This document shows positions 1 through 33,954 of a DNA stretch of 64,000 bases, in pieces (the stretch's first letter is position 1; every line of letters begins with the position of its first letter). Source of the stretch: the human T2T-CHM13v2.0 reference genome, Homo sapiens. The stretch is taken from assembly GCF_009914755.1 (NCBI RefSeq), contig NC_060928.1. One strand, given 5' to 3'. A program made the position numbers and the translations under genes. Under the pieces are notes generated by a model. That model did not search any database and was not told the origin of the DNA. It worked only from the letters and a program-made list of their open reading frames with translations.

Positions 1-559
1 CATGGAATGGGTCGCCAACTCACCAGTCACCTTGCAAGATCAACTTAACTTCCTAGCAGCAGTAGTCCTTCAAAATCAAAGAGTTTTAGACTTGCTAACT
101 GCCGAAAGAGGGGAAACCTGTTTATTTTTAGGGGAAGAATGCTCTTATTATGTTAATCAATCCGGAATCGTCACCGAGAAAGTTAAAGAAATTCGAGATC
201 GAATACAACGTAGAGCAGAGGAGCTTCAAAACACCAGACCCTGGGACCTCCTCAGCCAATGGGTGTCCTGGATTCTTCCTTTCTTAGGACCTCTAGCAGT
301 TATAATATTGTTACTTCTCTTTGGACCCTGCATCTTTAACCTGCTTGTTAAGTTTGTCTCTTCCAGAATTGAAGCTGTAAAGCTACAAATGATTCTTCAA
401 ATGGAGCCCCAGAGGCAGTCCATGACTAAAATCTACTGCGGACCCTTAGACCGGCCTGCCAGCCCATGCTCCAATGTTGATGACATCCAAGGTACCCCTC
501 CGGAGGAAATCTCAACTGCACAACTCCTACTGTGCCCCAATTCAGCAGGAAGCAGTTAG
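1..559 (+). mobile_element. HERV-W (HERV17) env, TM subunit C-terminal part, truncated by window edge
   Basis: 185-codon open frame resembling the syncytin-1 TM subunit: ISD LQNQRVLDLL, CLFLGEECS (CX6CC variant), TM helix, tail ending PNSAGSS-stop. Confidence 0.95.
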
Positions 560-605
560 AGCGGTCATCGACAGACCTCCCCAACAGCACTTAGGTTTTC
601 CTGAT

Positions 606-617
606 GAGAGGGGGAAC
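606..617 (+). other. Polypurine tract of HERV-W provirus
   Basis: gagagggggaac immediately before the LTR TG. Confidence 0.85.
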
Positions 618-1333
618 TGAGAGACGGGACTAGTTGGATTTCCTAGGCCGACTAAGAATCCATAAGCCTAGCTGGGAAGGTGACAGCATCCACCTTTAAA
701 CACGGGGCTTGCAACTTAGCTCACACCAGACCAATCAGGTAGTAAAGAGAGCTCACTAAACTGCTAACTAGGCTAAAACAGGAGGTAAAGAAATAGCCAA
801 TCATCTATCTCCTGAGAGCACAGCGGGAGGGACAATGATCGGGATATAAACCCAGGCATTTGAGCCAGCAAAGGCAACCCCCTTTGGGTCCCCTCCCGTT
901 GTATGGGAGCTCTGTTTTCACTCTATTAAATCTTGCAACTGTACACTCTCAGGTCTGTGTTTGTTCCGGTTCGAACTGAGCTTTCGCTCGCCATCCACCA
1001 CTGCTGATTGCTGTCGTCGCAGATGCCGCCGCTGACTTCCACCCCTCCGGATCCGGCAGGATGTCCACTGCACTTCTGATCCAGTGAGGCAGCGCCCACT
1101 GCTGCTCCCAATCAGGCTAGAGGCTCACCATTGTTCCTGCGTCAGCTAAGTGCCTGGGGTTCATCCTAATCAAACTGAAGAGAGCTATAACACTCATTGC
1201 ATGGCCCAAGATTCCATTCCTTGGAATCCGTGAGGCCAAGAACCCCAGGTCAGAGAACAAGAGGCTTGCTGCCATCTTGGAAGTGGCCTGCCACCATCTT
1301 GGGAGCTTTAAGAACAAGGACCCCCCAGTAACA
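618..1333 (+). mobile_element. LTR17, 3' LTR of HERV-W (U3-R-U5)
   Basis: Starts TGAGAGACGGGACTAG, ends GGACCCCCCAGTAACA; CCAAT 731 and 797, TATAAA 845-850, ATTAAA 925-930. Confidence 0.93.
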
Positions 1334-1438
1334 CCATGATTCAATTACCTCCCACTGGGTCCCTCCCATGACACATGGGAGTTATGGGAACTACAGTTCA
1401 AGATGAGATTTGGGTGGAAACACAGCCAGACCATATAA
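1334..1438 (-). mobile_element. THE1 (MaLR) LTR fragment interrupted by HERV-W
   Basis: Reverse complement resembles the recalled THE1 start TGATATGGTTTGGCTGTGT...GAATCATGG. Confidence 0.85.
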
Positions 1439-1439
1439 G

Positions 1440-2640
<1,201 letters not shown>

Positions 2641-3277
2641 ATCAAATAGTGCCAACCCCACAGATGGTCTCTTTCCTCTCTTTCTGAATTATGATGGCTT
2701 CTCTAATGATTCTTTGGAACTTGCGCCTCAAAGGAATGACAATGACTAAAGAAGTTGAGGATCCTGTGGCGGTCACTGGGCTGTTCACAAACGCATCTCC
2801 CATTGTGGGCACATGGTAGGAGTGCCATGCTTAGAGAAGGCCACTCGGTTTCCTTTGCCAGTGAAATGTAAGCTAAGGAAAGTTTGCCATTCCTGGCAGG
2901 AGCTCTGAGAGCCAGGGAGCAGTCTGCCACATTTCCTTGGCAGTGAGCAACTGTGGAAGCATGTGCCGAGAGGAAACGTCTATCAGCCATGGTCGGAGTT
3001 GTTACAATGAGCAGAATCCCCTGCTGAACTTGGATAGACATCCAGTATGAGAAATAAACTTTAGTTTTATTAGTTTTATGTTGGGACAGCAAAACCTAAA
3101 CTATCCTGAGGACGCAATGCCTAAATACAAAAATAATATAAACAGTGGTATCCAGTCTCCATTGATAACCAGTAGATTATACATTTCAGGATACGAAATT
3201 TTACTTTTCCACACCAGGGATAGAGAAAATCCAGCAAATAACATAGATGATAAAACTTGACCTCATTGTAAGTTCGC

Positions 3278-3580
3278 TTTTTTTTGTTTTTTTTTTTTTT
3301 TTGGAATGGAGTCTCGCTCTTTCTCCCAGGCTGGAGTGATGCAGTAGTGTGATCCTGGTTCACCGCAACCTCCGCCTCCTGGGTTCAAGCAATTCTCCTG
3401 CCTCAGCCTCCCAAGTAGCTGGGATCACAGGCATGTACCACCACGCCCGGCTGATTTTTGTATGTTTTAGTAGAGACAGGGTTTCACCATGTTGACCAGG
3501 CTGGTCTTGAACTTGTGACCTCAGGTGATCTGCCTGCCTCGGTCTCCCAAAGTGCTAGTATTACAGGCGTGAGCCACCTT
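3278..3580 (-). mobile_element. AluS-like
   Basis: Poly-T followed by antisense Alu body. Confidence 0.9.
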
Positions 3581-3624
3581 ATGGGATCACTGTCTTATAT
3601 TCAGTGTTCTTTTGACTGAAACAT

Positions 3625-4350
3625 TGCTATGGGTGCATGGCTATATTTGGTCTTTGTCCCCAGTTCCTGCACAGAACTTCTAAAACCTTTGACGTTTACT
3701 GAGAGAGGTGTCTTTTGTTCTACATAATGAGCCCCTTTTGATCACACTTGAGTTTATGCTAATGAGGTTACTTAGGGTGGGGCCCCTGGATAGACTCAGG
3801 CTCAGGCTGGTCAGCAGAAACACCTCCTGACCTTTGAGCTTTGGGGAGAGAGGGCATCTGGAGATCCAGCTCCATAAAATAAACTCTTGAATGGTACGAT
3901 TTGGAGAGCTCCCAGGTAGATGAACACAGCGAGGTGCTGGGAGGATGATGCGCTCTGGGTGGGCGTGGAGCTCCATGCACCTCCCCATGCCTTGCCCTAT
4001 GCTTCTTTTCAATTTGGCTCTTCCTAAGTTGTAGCCTTCATCATAAACCTGCAAATGTAAGGATTTTCCAGAGTTCTGTGAGCTGTTCTAGCAAATTATT
4101 TGAACCTTAAGCGGGCAGTGTGTGGGAGCCCCTTCGACTTTGTAGCCAATATGGACAGAAGTGAGGGTCACCGGTGGACCCAGTATCTGTGACTGGCAAT
4201 GGAAGTGAGGCAGTCTTGTGGGACTCAGCCCTTAAACCTGTGGAACCTGACACTAACTCCGGGTAGTTAGTGTCACAATTGAATTGTAGATACTCAATTG
4301 GTGTCCGGAAGAATCAGAGAATTGGTTGATGGTGTTGGAAAACACCCTAC
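3625..4350 (+). mobile_element. MER21-like LTR
   Basis: atatttggtctttgtccccagttcctg...gagtttatgctaatgagg resembles recalled MER21 consensus. Confidence 0.7.
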
Positions 4351-4469
4351 CAATATAACACTTAAGTTCATTTTTAGCATAATATCTGACTGGGTTTTCA
4401 GATGTTTTAATATTAGAGAAGAAATGGTGGTGTAAGAGACAAAGAAATAACAATTATGCATAAAAGAAT

Positions 4470-4475
4470 TTTATT
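4470..4475 (-). terminator. TMEM150C: Candidate distal poly(A) signal of TMEM150C
   Basis: AATAAA on minus strand followed by U/GU-rich sequence. Confidence 0.5.
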
Positions 4476-4929
4476 TAGTGGCCAGATCCCAATGAATAAT
4501 GTCAGTCATTGCTTGGTTCTGCTAAAATGTGGTATTAGATATATTCTTAAGAAAGTGTACAATTGCATCACCAAAAGCTGTTTAATTTGGATTGTGTAGA
4601 ATAAAAGAAAACTACATAAGTCTTTGTTCTTTGATAAAAATTTTAAAATATAAAAATGAAAAAAAGAAACCCAAAAGCAGTATTCAAAACTAACAAATGT
4701 CACCTTGGACTATTTACAGTAAGACGCCTTTTTGACAGGAGAATCTTGTTCTCAGCTTGTTCTTTTCCTCACATTTTACTTACAGGGATTCTCACTCCCC
4801 CATCTGATCCCTATTCATAACTTCTTCCATTCCTGTCTCACATGAAACAGCCATCTTCCATGCTCTCTCACTCATCTTTGAGTCTCTCTCTGACACTCCT
4901 TTTTCCTACTCTTAAATTATTAATAATTC

Positions 4930-5040
4930 TATTCAACAGACATTTATTGAGCACCTAGTATGTGCCAGGCACTGTGTTAAGAGGTGGGGAACAATACAGA
5001 GATGAAAAGACATTGACCTTTTCCTCAAGAAATTCAGACT
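4930..5040 (-). mobile_element. L2 3' end
   Basis: attcaacagacatttattgagcacctagtatgtgccaggcac. Confidence 0.8.
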
Positions 5041-5060
5041 TTGGGTTGAATTAAAAAACG

Positions 5061-5368
5061 TTTTTCTTTTTTTTTTTTTTTTTTGAGATGGAGTTTTTAG
5101 CTCTTTTTGCCCAGGCTGGAGTGCAATGGCGTGATCTCGTCTCACCGCAACCTGCCTCCCGGGTTCAAGTGATTCTCCTGCCTCCGCCTCCTGAGTAGCC
5201 GGGATTACAGGCATGCGCCACCACACCAGGCTAATTTTGTATTTTTTTTAGTAGAGACGGGGTTTCTTCACATTGGTCAGGCTGGTCTCGAGCTCCCAAC
5301 CTCAGGTGATCCGCCCGCCTCAGCCTCCCAAAGTGCTGGGATTACAGGTGTGAGCCCCACACCCAGCC
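5061..5368 (-). mobile_element. AluS (Sp/Sq-like), inside the putative long 3'UTR
   Basis: Full antisense Alu with poly-T. Confidence 0.9.
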
Positions 5369-5814
5369 TAAAAAATGTTTTTCATATTATATTCCAGGTA
5401 ATCCCAGACCTCTATGGGGTAAATCTGGGGATTTCTTGGAAGAAAGTGCACTCATGGAGGGTCTGTCCACTTGGCTCACTCCAACAGTTTGAATTTGGAA
5501 TTCTGCTCTTCTTCATGAAGCACAGTCTCATAAGCCCACACCTACGGTCTGAGTTCTGAACTCTCAGCAGGTGGGAACTGGGAACTGCGGGTTGGCTAGC
5601 AGGGGGGCCAGCTGTGTCAATTTGGTTTTTAGGAAGGGTATTCTTTTAATTGGCTTCTACAAATTCCAAATTTGAAAAGCCCTTAATCCAAAAAAAAAAA
5701 AAACCCTACTAAATTTGAGCAAAAGATACATATTAACAAAGTCTCCCCTGATTTGGACTTGCAACAAGATACTGTAAGGTGCCTATCTTTGATAAATGTC
5801 CAGCAGCAGCTCTT

Positions 5815-5820
5815 TTTATT
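5815..5820 (-). terminator. TMEM150C: Candidate proximal poly(A) signal of TMEM150C
   Basis: AATAAA on minus strand ~1 kb after the stop codon. Confidence 0.5.
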
Positions 5821-6674
5821 ACCTCTGCACATCCATATTTCTTTCCATTTTTCTGTGATATTTTCTTAGCTTCCCACGTAAGCCTGCAGGTGACCTCAGT
5901 TTTTCTTTGATCATGGTTGAACCCAAAGCAAGCTCAGCTCTTGCATTTGGTCTACATCTTTGTCCATGAGGCTTAGAGAGACTCATGGTAGTTACTTAAA
6001 AGAAACTATGAAATATAAAACATTGTACATGGCATACTATGAAAGCAAACACTAAACCATACCTTCACTGCCCCCATCTTGTTCCAGGCCTGATAGACCA
6101 CGTCCCTACACATATTCACATTTGGAAATCATTCTCAGTCACAGTGCATCAAGTCCAGATCACAGCGGCGGGCTTTGCTCTCACAGTCTGTGGCATATGT
6201 CTCTCCTGGGATCCACACAGCCGACCACTGAACAACGATGAAGGGGGCTTTCGTGGGAAAGTTCTTCTCACTATGCCTTTCCACAGGCGACACAGGGTCA
6301 CATCTCAATACAATTTCCGTCCTATTCTATGATACGCTATTATCCACTCAAGAATATTAGTGCCAGATTCAGAACTTCCTCACGAGCTGGTTCCAAGCCC
6401 TTTGGACCTGAAGGCAACGTCGGGAGTTGGCATTACTCCCAAGGAACATTTGGCCTGCCCTACTCGGTAGGGTGCTTGAGACATGTGGAGAGAATGGGAA
6501 GAGGAGGGAGTGCTGGGAAGGGGACGGATAAGAAGTGATCATGCACAAGCTTCTTGCTCTGTCGTGCATATATTTTCAGTGTAACAGCGTGTATTTCGAC
6601 ACATAAGGGCTTGTGCTTTTTCATTAAAGAAATAACTCGCCCTGAAAAGCTCATTTGGCAAATGTGGCCATGAA

Positions 6675-6702
<28 letters not shown>
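6675..6702. repeat. (TG)14 microsatellite in TMEM150C 3'UTR
   Basis: Directly visible. Confidence 0.95.
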
Positions 6703-6705
<3 letters not shown>

Positions 6706-6794
6706 TGAGGTTCTATGTCAAGTCCTGTGAGTGTGTCCTACTGGCCCCTCCCCCACTGTCACACCCACCTCACCAGCAAGGAAAAACTGATGGT

Positions 6795-26006
<19,212 letters not shown>

Positions 26007-26040
26007 TCACTCTTTCAAGATAGAAAGTTTAGTCTAACTG

Positions 26041-26345
<305 letters not shown>

Positions 26346-26498
26346 CTAACTGAAAAAAAAAGTGTATTTTATGAAACCATGATTCAAATTGGTATCATTA
26401 TTCTCACCTACTCATGTGGGAAATCCCTGAAACAGTTAACATGGATGATTGTTATCTAGCTTAAATGTTCCAGAGTTTTAGTTAAGAATTAATAGAAA

Positions 26499-26651
<153 letters not shown>

Positions 26652-29003
26652 TAAAAACATTTATCCTTGTATAAGTATTGATACATTTAAGAAAAGACAA
26701 AAGAGTTTGGGTTAGGTTAGGACTTTCGCTAGAAGAGCTAAGTACCAAAGGTATACTTCAACCTACTTTTAGTACTAATATGAACATTTATGTATGTATG
26801 GAGCTGATCTGTACATAAATCTATAGGTTGGCAGACAAAGGTGTTAAAAACAAATGGTTACTAAATAAATTAGCAATTATCAGGAGGAAATGACAAATGC
26901 TTTGCAAATCTGAACTTTTCTCATGACATGTTATTGAGCAGCAATCGCAGGAGACTAAAGATGAATGTTCTGTAAAACAATGCATTGTGTATAACTTTAA
27001 ATTAGTGCTAATAAATAGACTGAAAAAAATACATATGTCTGGCGTTTTGGAGGTTACAAAAATATAGAAATAAAAAATCCCCCCTCACACAAATGAAGTG
27101 AAAACTAGAAGCTCCAGAAGTATCTATGAAAAATTATCAGTATTAAACATAAAGAAATAACTATCACTTTATGCCTTAACTGCCAGACAAAATCTATCGG
27201 AGACACTGGATGCCAACATAATCCTTATGGCAAAAACACCTGTTCTAAGGAAATTAAGTGCTCTAGTAACCTCCACTGGGGACCTGACAATCAGAAGAAC
27301 AATGTGATTAAATGGCATCTCTAGGGAGATATCAATGCTCTTTATTTTGAGTTTTACAATTAAAACAAGTTGTTGTTTTTTTTTTACAATTTTTTACAAT
27401 TAAAGAAAGTTTGTTTACTGGTTTGAACCAGCACTGCCCCATTTGTGAATACCTCCAAGACATCTGCTTTCATATGCTGGGACTCTCTAGACCTTCCAAG
27501 TGTTGAGACAAGAGAGGAAACATGATGCTCCTCGCTTCAGGCTGGCGAACCAATCCCATCTGCAACATCTCAGGAGGTCTTAGTTCCCAGAACTGGTCTA
27601 CCTGATTACGTAGATCTTTCAGACTAAGAGATAGACACTGGGCCTAATAAAGTGTCTTTCAACAGTTGTGCCTTTGTCTAAACACATATCTGGGCAGTGG
27701 TGTTAAATAAATTACAGAATCTAGTTTACAGATCTAAATTACAGAATAGAGTTGAAAGATATTAGAGCCACTTTCAATAATTTAATTTGCAACTAATCTA
27801 ATCCAATACAATCCAACTCAAAATTATGGACACCCTACCTGTGCCAGGTACTATATCAGGTGGCGGAAATACTGAGGCAAGGTCTAATGAATACGACTAT
27901 TTATACGTAACATTCTACGCAATATATAAAAGCTATTGTATGAACTAGTGGTTCATGGCTTTCTAGTTTATATAATACGGAAGAACAGTGAACATTTTAA
28001 GCATACACAGTATTGCTAGTGAGTCTCTATTCATTTATTTATGTCCAAAAAGTTGTGGGCTCATAATAAAGCTATCCATTATGCCAACAAAAATAATTCC
28101 ATAAGTAGCCAAATGTAGAGGGAGCACAGAAAATAGGAGTGATGATTGAGTAAGTAAACCAATTATTCTAGGTCTGCCAATGAAACAGGGTCCTCAAATA
28201 GGATGAGTACAGCCAAGATGCTTAGGAGATCTGGTTCCCAACCTCGGCTTTCCCAATAACTGACTAATAGGGTCTGGGTCGTTACTTAAATCTGTGACAC
28301 CATTTTCTTATGGTGTTACAGAATCTAGGAGCTGAAACCTAGATTGTGAGATTCAACTAAATGAACACTATTGAATGCAAAGAAAGGGAGAAGGATGTCA
28401 AGGACAGAGTGGCAGTACCTTGGAGGTTAAGCCAAGTCTGGTATTTTATACCTTTGCAAAAACAGAATGATCCAAAGTACTCAGAATTATCAGCCCCAGA
28501 GAAAATGTTAACTATTGTTACAACAGATTGATGAATAAATCAGAATGACAACTTGTTAATGTACAATGGGAGGCACAATTGTCAAATGGACAAATACTCA
28601 TGCTGGCTCCCCTTTTAGGAATGTCTATATGGGAATCGAAATTTTCAAGCAGGGAGGTAGAGTGAAGAGGGTTAACAAGATAATTCTAAGACTATGGCAT
28701 CAAGCTACAATAGCTTTATATACTAATTTCCTGGCTCAAGGTACTGGGATGTCCCATTTAGCCACTGATTCTCATTTACCTGCGCTTGTCAGCTTATATT
28801 GTGACTAAAGAATTCGCAATAGAGAAACGACTCTGATGTGCTCGCTGCTCCAGGTACTGGGAAAGGATTCCAGGAGGTTCCTGGAGATGAATGTTTAATT
28901 TGGTTTAGTTTCACAGGACTCTCTGAGCTGCCTTGGCTTGACAAGTTCAGATACCTGACTGAAAGTACCTTTTTGCAAAGGATAAACAATATATTAAATT
29001 AAC

Positions 29004-29292
29004 TCTCTCTCTCTCTCTCTTTTTTTTTTTTTTTTTTTTTTTTTGAGACACGATCTCGCTTTGTCACCCAGGCTGGATGGGGTGCAGTGATTATGGCTCA
29101 CTGCTGCCTCAACCTCCTGGGCTCAAGCGATCCTCCCACCTCAGCCCCCAAGTAGCTGGGACTACAGCTGCACACCACCACACCTGGCTAATTTTTTGTA
29201 TTTTTTGTAGAGACAAGGTTTCACTACGTTGCCCAAGCTAGTCTAGAACTCCTGAGCTCAAATGATCCACCCACGTGAGCCACTGCCATGGG
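29004..29292 (-). mobile_element. AluJ-like with (CT)n/T tail
   Basis: Antisense Alu. Confidence 0.88.
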
Positions 29293-29591
29293 CAAATTAA
29301 CTTTGTTAACTTTGCCTTACTGCTGCCTGAGAATTAAAGTTAAAAGTAGGAGATGGATCTTTTTCTTGCATCCTTCCAGACACCATGAAAATAAACTGGC
29401 CCATTGCTTCTAGTCACATTAGAAAGTGTCACCCAAACTTTACTTATATTTCCTAGCAAGAATAAGTTCCACTCTTTCCCTGAGCTAAATCACAAGTTTC
29501 CTCCCAGCTAGAAGAGTACATTTCCCTCTTTAAGGAAAGAGGGGGAGAAGAATGGAATATTCCATACTCCTAAAATAGTTTTGTCTTTGCA

Positions 29592-30043
<452 letters not shown>

Positions 30044-30790
30044 CGTACTTCTTTTTTATTCTACATAATATTTACTCTGTTGATATTAATCTTCCAATAA
30101 TACTTCACAGTAAAAAAATTAAAGATAATTCTTCCCATGTCCTAAATGGTTAATTATATCTAGGACAACGTCACCTCATGAGCTTCTAACAAATGGAGGA
30201 AAAAAGCCAGAACTGCATAAACCTTCTTGAAAGGGTTCTGGCATTTAGATTTGCTTTGGAAGACTCTCCTCCAAATGGTATCATTTATCCAAATGATTTG
30301 CAAAGCTGTTATCCAGATGGTCAACTCTTCCTAAAGAGCCAATACTGCAAACTCTCTGTATATTTCTGTCGCATGTTCTTTTCTTCCAATAAATGTCATT
30401 CCCTAAGTCTGAGTTATCTTCACTTTCTTTTACTCAATCTGTGGTGTGAGTGAGACTGCACAGTGGGGCTCTTCAACACTTTGAGTCAGATGATGAAAAT
30501 CCCCACCTTCTACCGCTCGCTTTGTGACCTGGCATCCCTGCAGTTCTCTTTGTTCCTCTCAGAGAAAATGACCTGTAGCATGAGGTCTGCAGAGGCTCCC
30601 ACTATTGACATTTTTGTTGCTCTGGAAGTCTTCAAGCTGCAGATAGCCAAGAGAACACCTGGCCACTTGAAAATGTACGATTTTGTGGAAGTGAACAGAG
30701 TGTTACTATAAGCCCATATTAATTTATTATTTAAGACTCTTAACTCCTTTAGTTGGTTTGAAAAGGGGGTCTTTATAAAGTCAAAATTCA

Positions 30791-31111
<321 letters not shown>

Positions 31112-31333
31112 TCAAACTCACATGATTATTCATACTTCTGTCATCAAATTCAAAACAGATAGTTTGTACAGTGTTAGCTACTGAAGCTACAGAGTGAAAG
31201 AACATAGCATACCATTACCCATGCTAATCCTTGAGGACAAACTTTCTATTTTATCAAGCAGCAAATGGAAATGGAAGCTACAAATGGAAAAGTAAAGCCC
31301 AATCTTCATTTACAGCTTTAAAAACTTTATTAG

Positions 31334-31578
<245 letters not shown>

Positions 31579-31699
31579 CTTGATTAGTGAGAACCACTTA
31601 CAACAATGACTGTGAAGTGTCATTGTAGTTAATATTTCCAAGGGTTGGAAGGGACTTGCTTATTATAAATAGAAGGACTTTGTCCTCCCTGGGGCAATG

Positions 31700-31940
31700 G
31701 AGAGAGGTAGCTATAGTTCACAGACTCTGGAGCCAGGCTACCAGGGCTTGGAATCCAGCTCTGCCTCTTATTAGTTGTGTGTCCTTGGTTAAGTCTTCTC
31801 TGTGCCTCAGTTTCTTCATCAGCAAAGTGGAAATAATAATGGTATCTACCTTACAGGGTTTTACTGAGGATTGAAAATATGTTTAAAGCACACAGAACAG
31901 TGGCTGGCATACAGTAGGCATTTCAATAAATGTTAACTGT
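31700..31940 (+). mobile_element. MIR
   Basis: cagactctggagccag...tctctgtgcctcagtttcttcatc...aataaatgtta. Confidence 0.85.
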
Positions 31941-32750
31941 ATTATGCTGAAAGTGCTGTTGGGGGTCTTTGGTTATCTTTTTTTGTCTTGTAATTTATCA
32001 GGAAATGAGCTTCCTGCTACAATAGTTTTTCATTCTGCTCTCAGGGCCAACTGGAATGAAGCAGAAATGATGAACGAGTCGCCCACTCATGACCACGACT
32101 GTCACAGTGCCCATGAACCAAGAGCATCCTTGGTTTGTTTTTTAACCACCTGTGAATCTTATTTTTCTTTTGTGTCATGGGCAAGTGTGAAGGGCTTTTA
32201 TTATCTTATCATTCATTTGTAATTATAAGGGGTAATGATGAGGACTGTTTATTTTGTTTTTCCCCTAAAATGTTTGCAGGCTCTCGGATATAAATCAGCC
32301 TGGGGAGATATGAAACACAACCAACAAATGTCACACTTGTTCTGCTAACAAAGAAAATTTTGTTTTCACTGAATCCTAAGTTTGGGAAGGCATAATAGTC
32401 AGGTGACCTGGTGTCACTTTAAGAGTATATGACTTCCCTCCATCCGCAGATATAAACAATATTATTCAATTAATGAGGCCAATCCCCCTGTTCCTACAAC
32501 ATTTTTCATAAGTGCTGGCAAGAAACAATATGTAGTAAAAGATTTCTATTAAACATTACCATTCCCAAAAGAATATGATGATTCCTAAGAACCAATGGCA
32601 ACTAGTTTTTCTCCAATGCTGTCTTGATTTCTAAAGGCAATCACCTTCATTCAACTGATAGATGACTATAGGACTATAGGGATCCTTTCATGCCAGTGAC
32701 CTAAGGATTCTTTTTCTCAGAAATCAATGGAGCACATTGTCCCAACACTA

Positions 32751-33044
32751 TTTTTTTTTTTTTTTTTTTTGAGATAGGGTTTCACTCTGTCACTCAGGCT
32801 GGAGTGCAGTGGCATGATCATGGCTCACTGCAGACTCAATCTCCCCAGGTTCAGGTGATCCTCCCACTTCAGCTTTCTAAGTAGCTGGGACTACAGGCGT
32901 GTGCCACTATGCCCAGCTAATTTTTGTAGAGACAGGGTCTCATCATATTGCCCAGGCTGGTCCTGAATTTCTGGGCTCAAGCGATCCACCTGCCTCGGAC
33001 TCTCAAAGTGTTAGGATTATAGGCGTGAGCCACTGCGCCTGGCC
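32751..33044 (-). mobile_element. AluJ-like
   Basis: Antisense Alu, TSD TGTCCC.ACACTATT. Confidence 0.9.
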
Positions 33045-33189
33045 TGTCCCTACACTATTGACAGAATAATCCCAGAAGGAATTCCCTTCTACCAGCACTT
33101 CAATTCAATAATACTGTCTTAGAGTTTCTATGCCAAGATCCTCTTCAGAGTCCGTTTATATCTTTAATAATAATAAAAATATTGCCCAC

Positions 33190-33845
33190 ATGTGGCAGAT
33201 GTAACTGCCAACCCAACAGTCATTTCTCCTCTTTTTCTTAGCTAATAGAAGTCTAATTTTATTAGGGACAGCAATGTGCTCAGCCCAAGGCTATAGGTCA
33301 TGAGTTGTTAAGCCAATCATAGTGATCTCATTTTCCTTTAACAAGTACCTTTCTAGACTCCTTTGAACCTGGCCCATGAGATGCAAGGGGAAGTCTACTG
33401 AGCAGCAAATGGGAAGAATTTGCATCCTTGATAGTGGATTGTTTCTTTTCTGCCCACCCTACTTCTCTCCCACTTGGGATGCTATAGTGAAAATATGGTA
33501 CCTAGTGCTATGGCAGCCATAATGTAACCACGAGACAAAAAAACATGAGGACCCAAAGTCAACATACTGAGAATGGCAGATTAGACGGTGGGAAGAACTG
33601 AATCCTTGATAACATCATTAAGACACTACCAAATGCTCAATATCACCTACCTCCAAACTTGTAATGTGAATAAATTAAAAGTCATTATTGCTTTATTACT
33701 GTAGGGTGGTAGAGCACCAAAATCCACTCTGTCTCCTTCCATTATAATTCGGTAAGCGGCTGCTCGCCTACCTTATACTTCGCAGCCTCCTTTGTAATAA
33801 GTGTGGCCCTGTGAGTAAGTTCTCTCCAATGGAAAATGAATGAAG
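33190..33845. mobile_element. Old MLT1-type LTR fragments
   Basis: gctatggcagccat, gtaagttctctccaatggaa motifs. Confidence 0.5.
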
Positions 33846-33954
33846 GCTCATATGATAACACGATTTCATTATACAGGAAAATGTCCATTTTCTAGAGGAG
33901 TATACTATTTAGCAGCCAATTGTCACATGTCTAAAATTCACTTAAAATTTTCAT

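Noticed and set aside
2-4. ATG at position 2 as a gene start
   Set aside because: It is an internal Met of env; the frame is cut by the window edge
1-1333. Identification as ERVW-1 (syncytin-1)
   Set aside because: It keeps the 12-nt tail segment, has CX6CS, and sits next to TMEM150C
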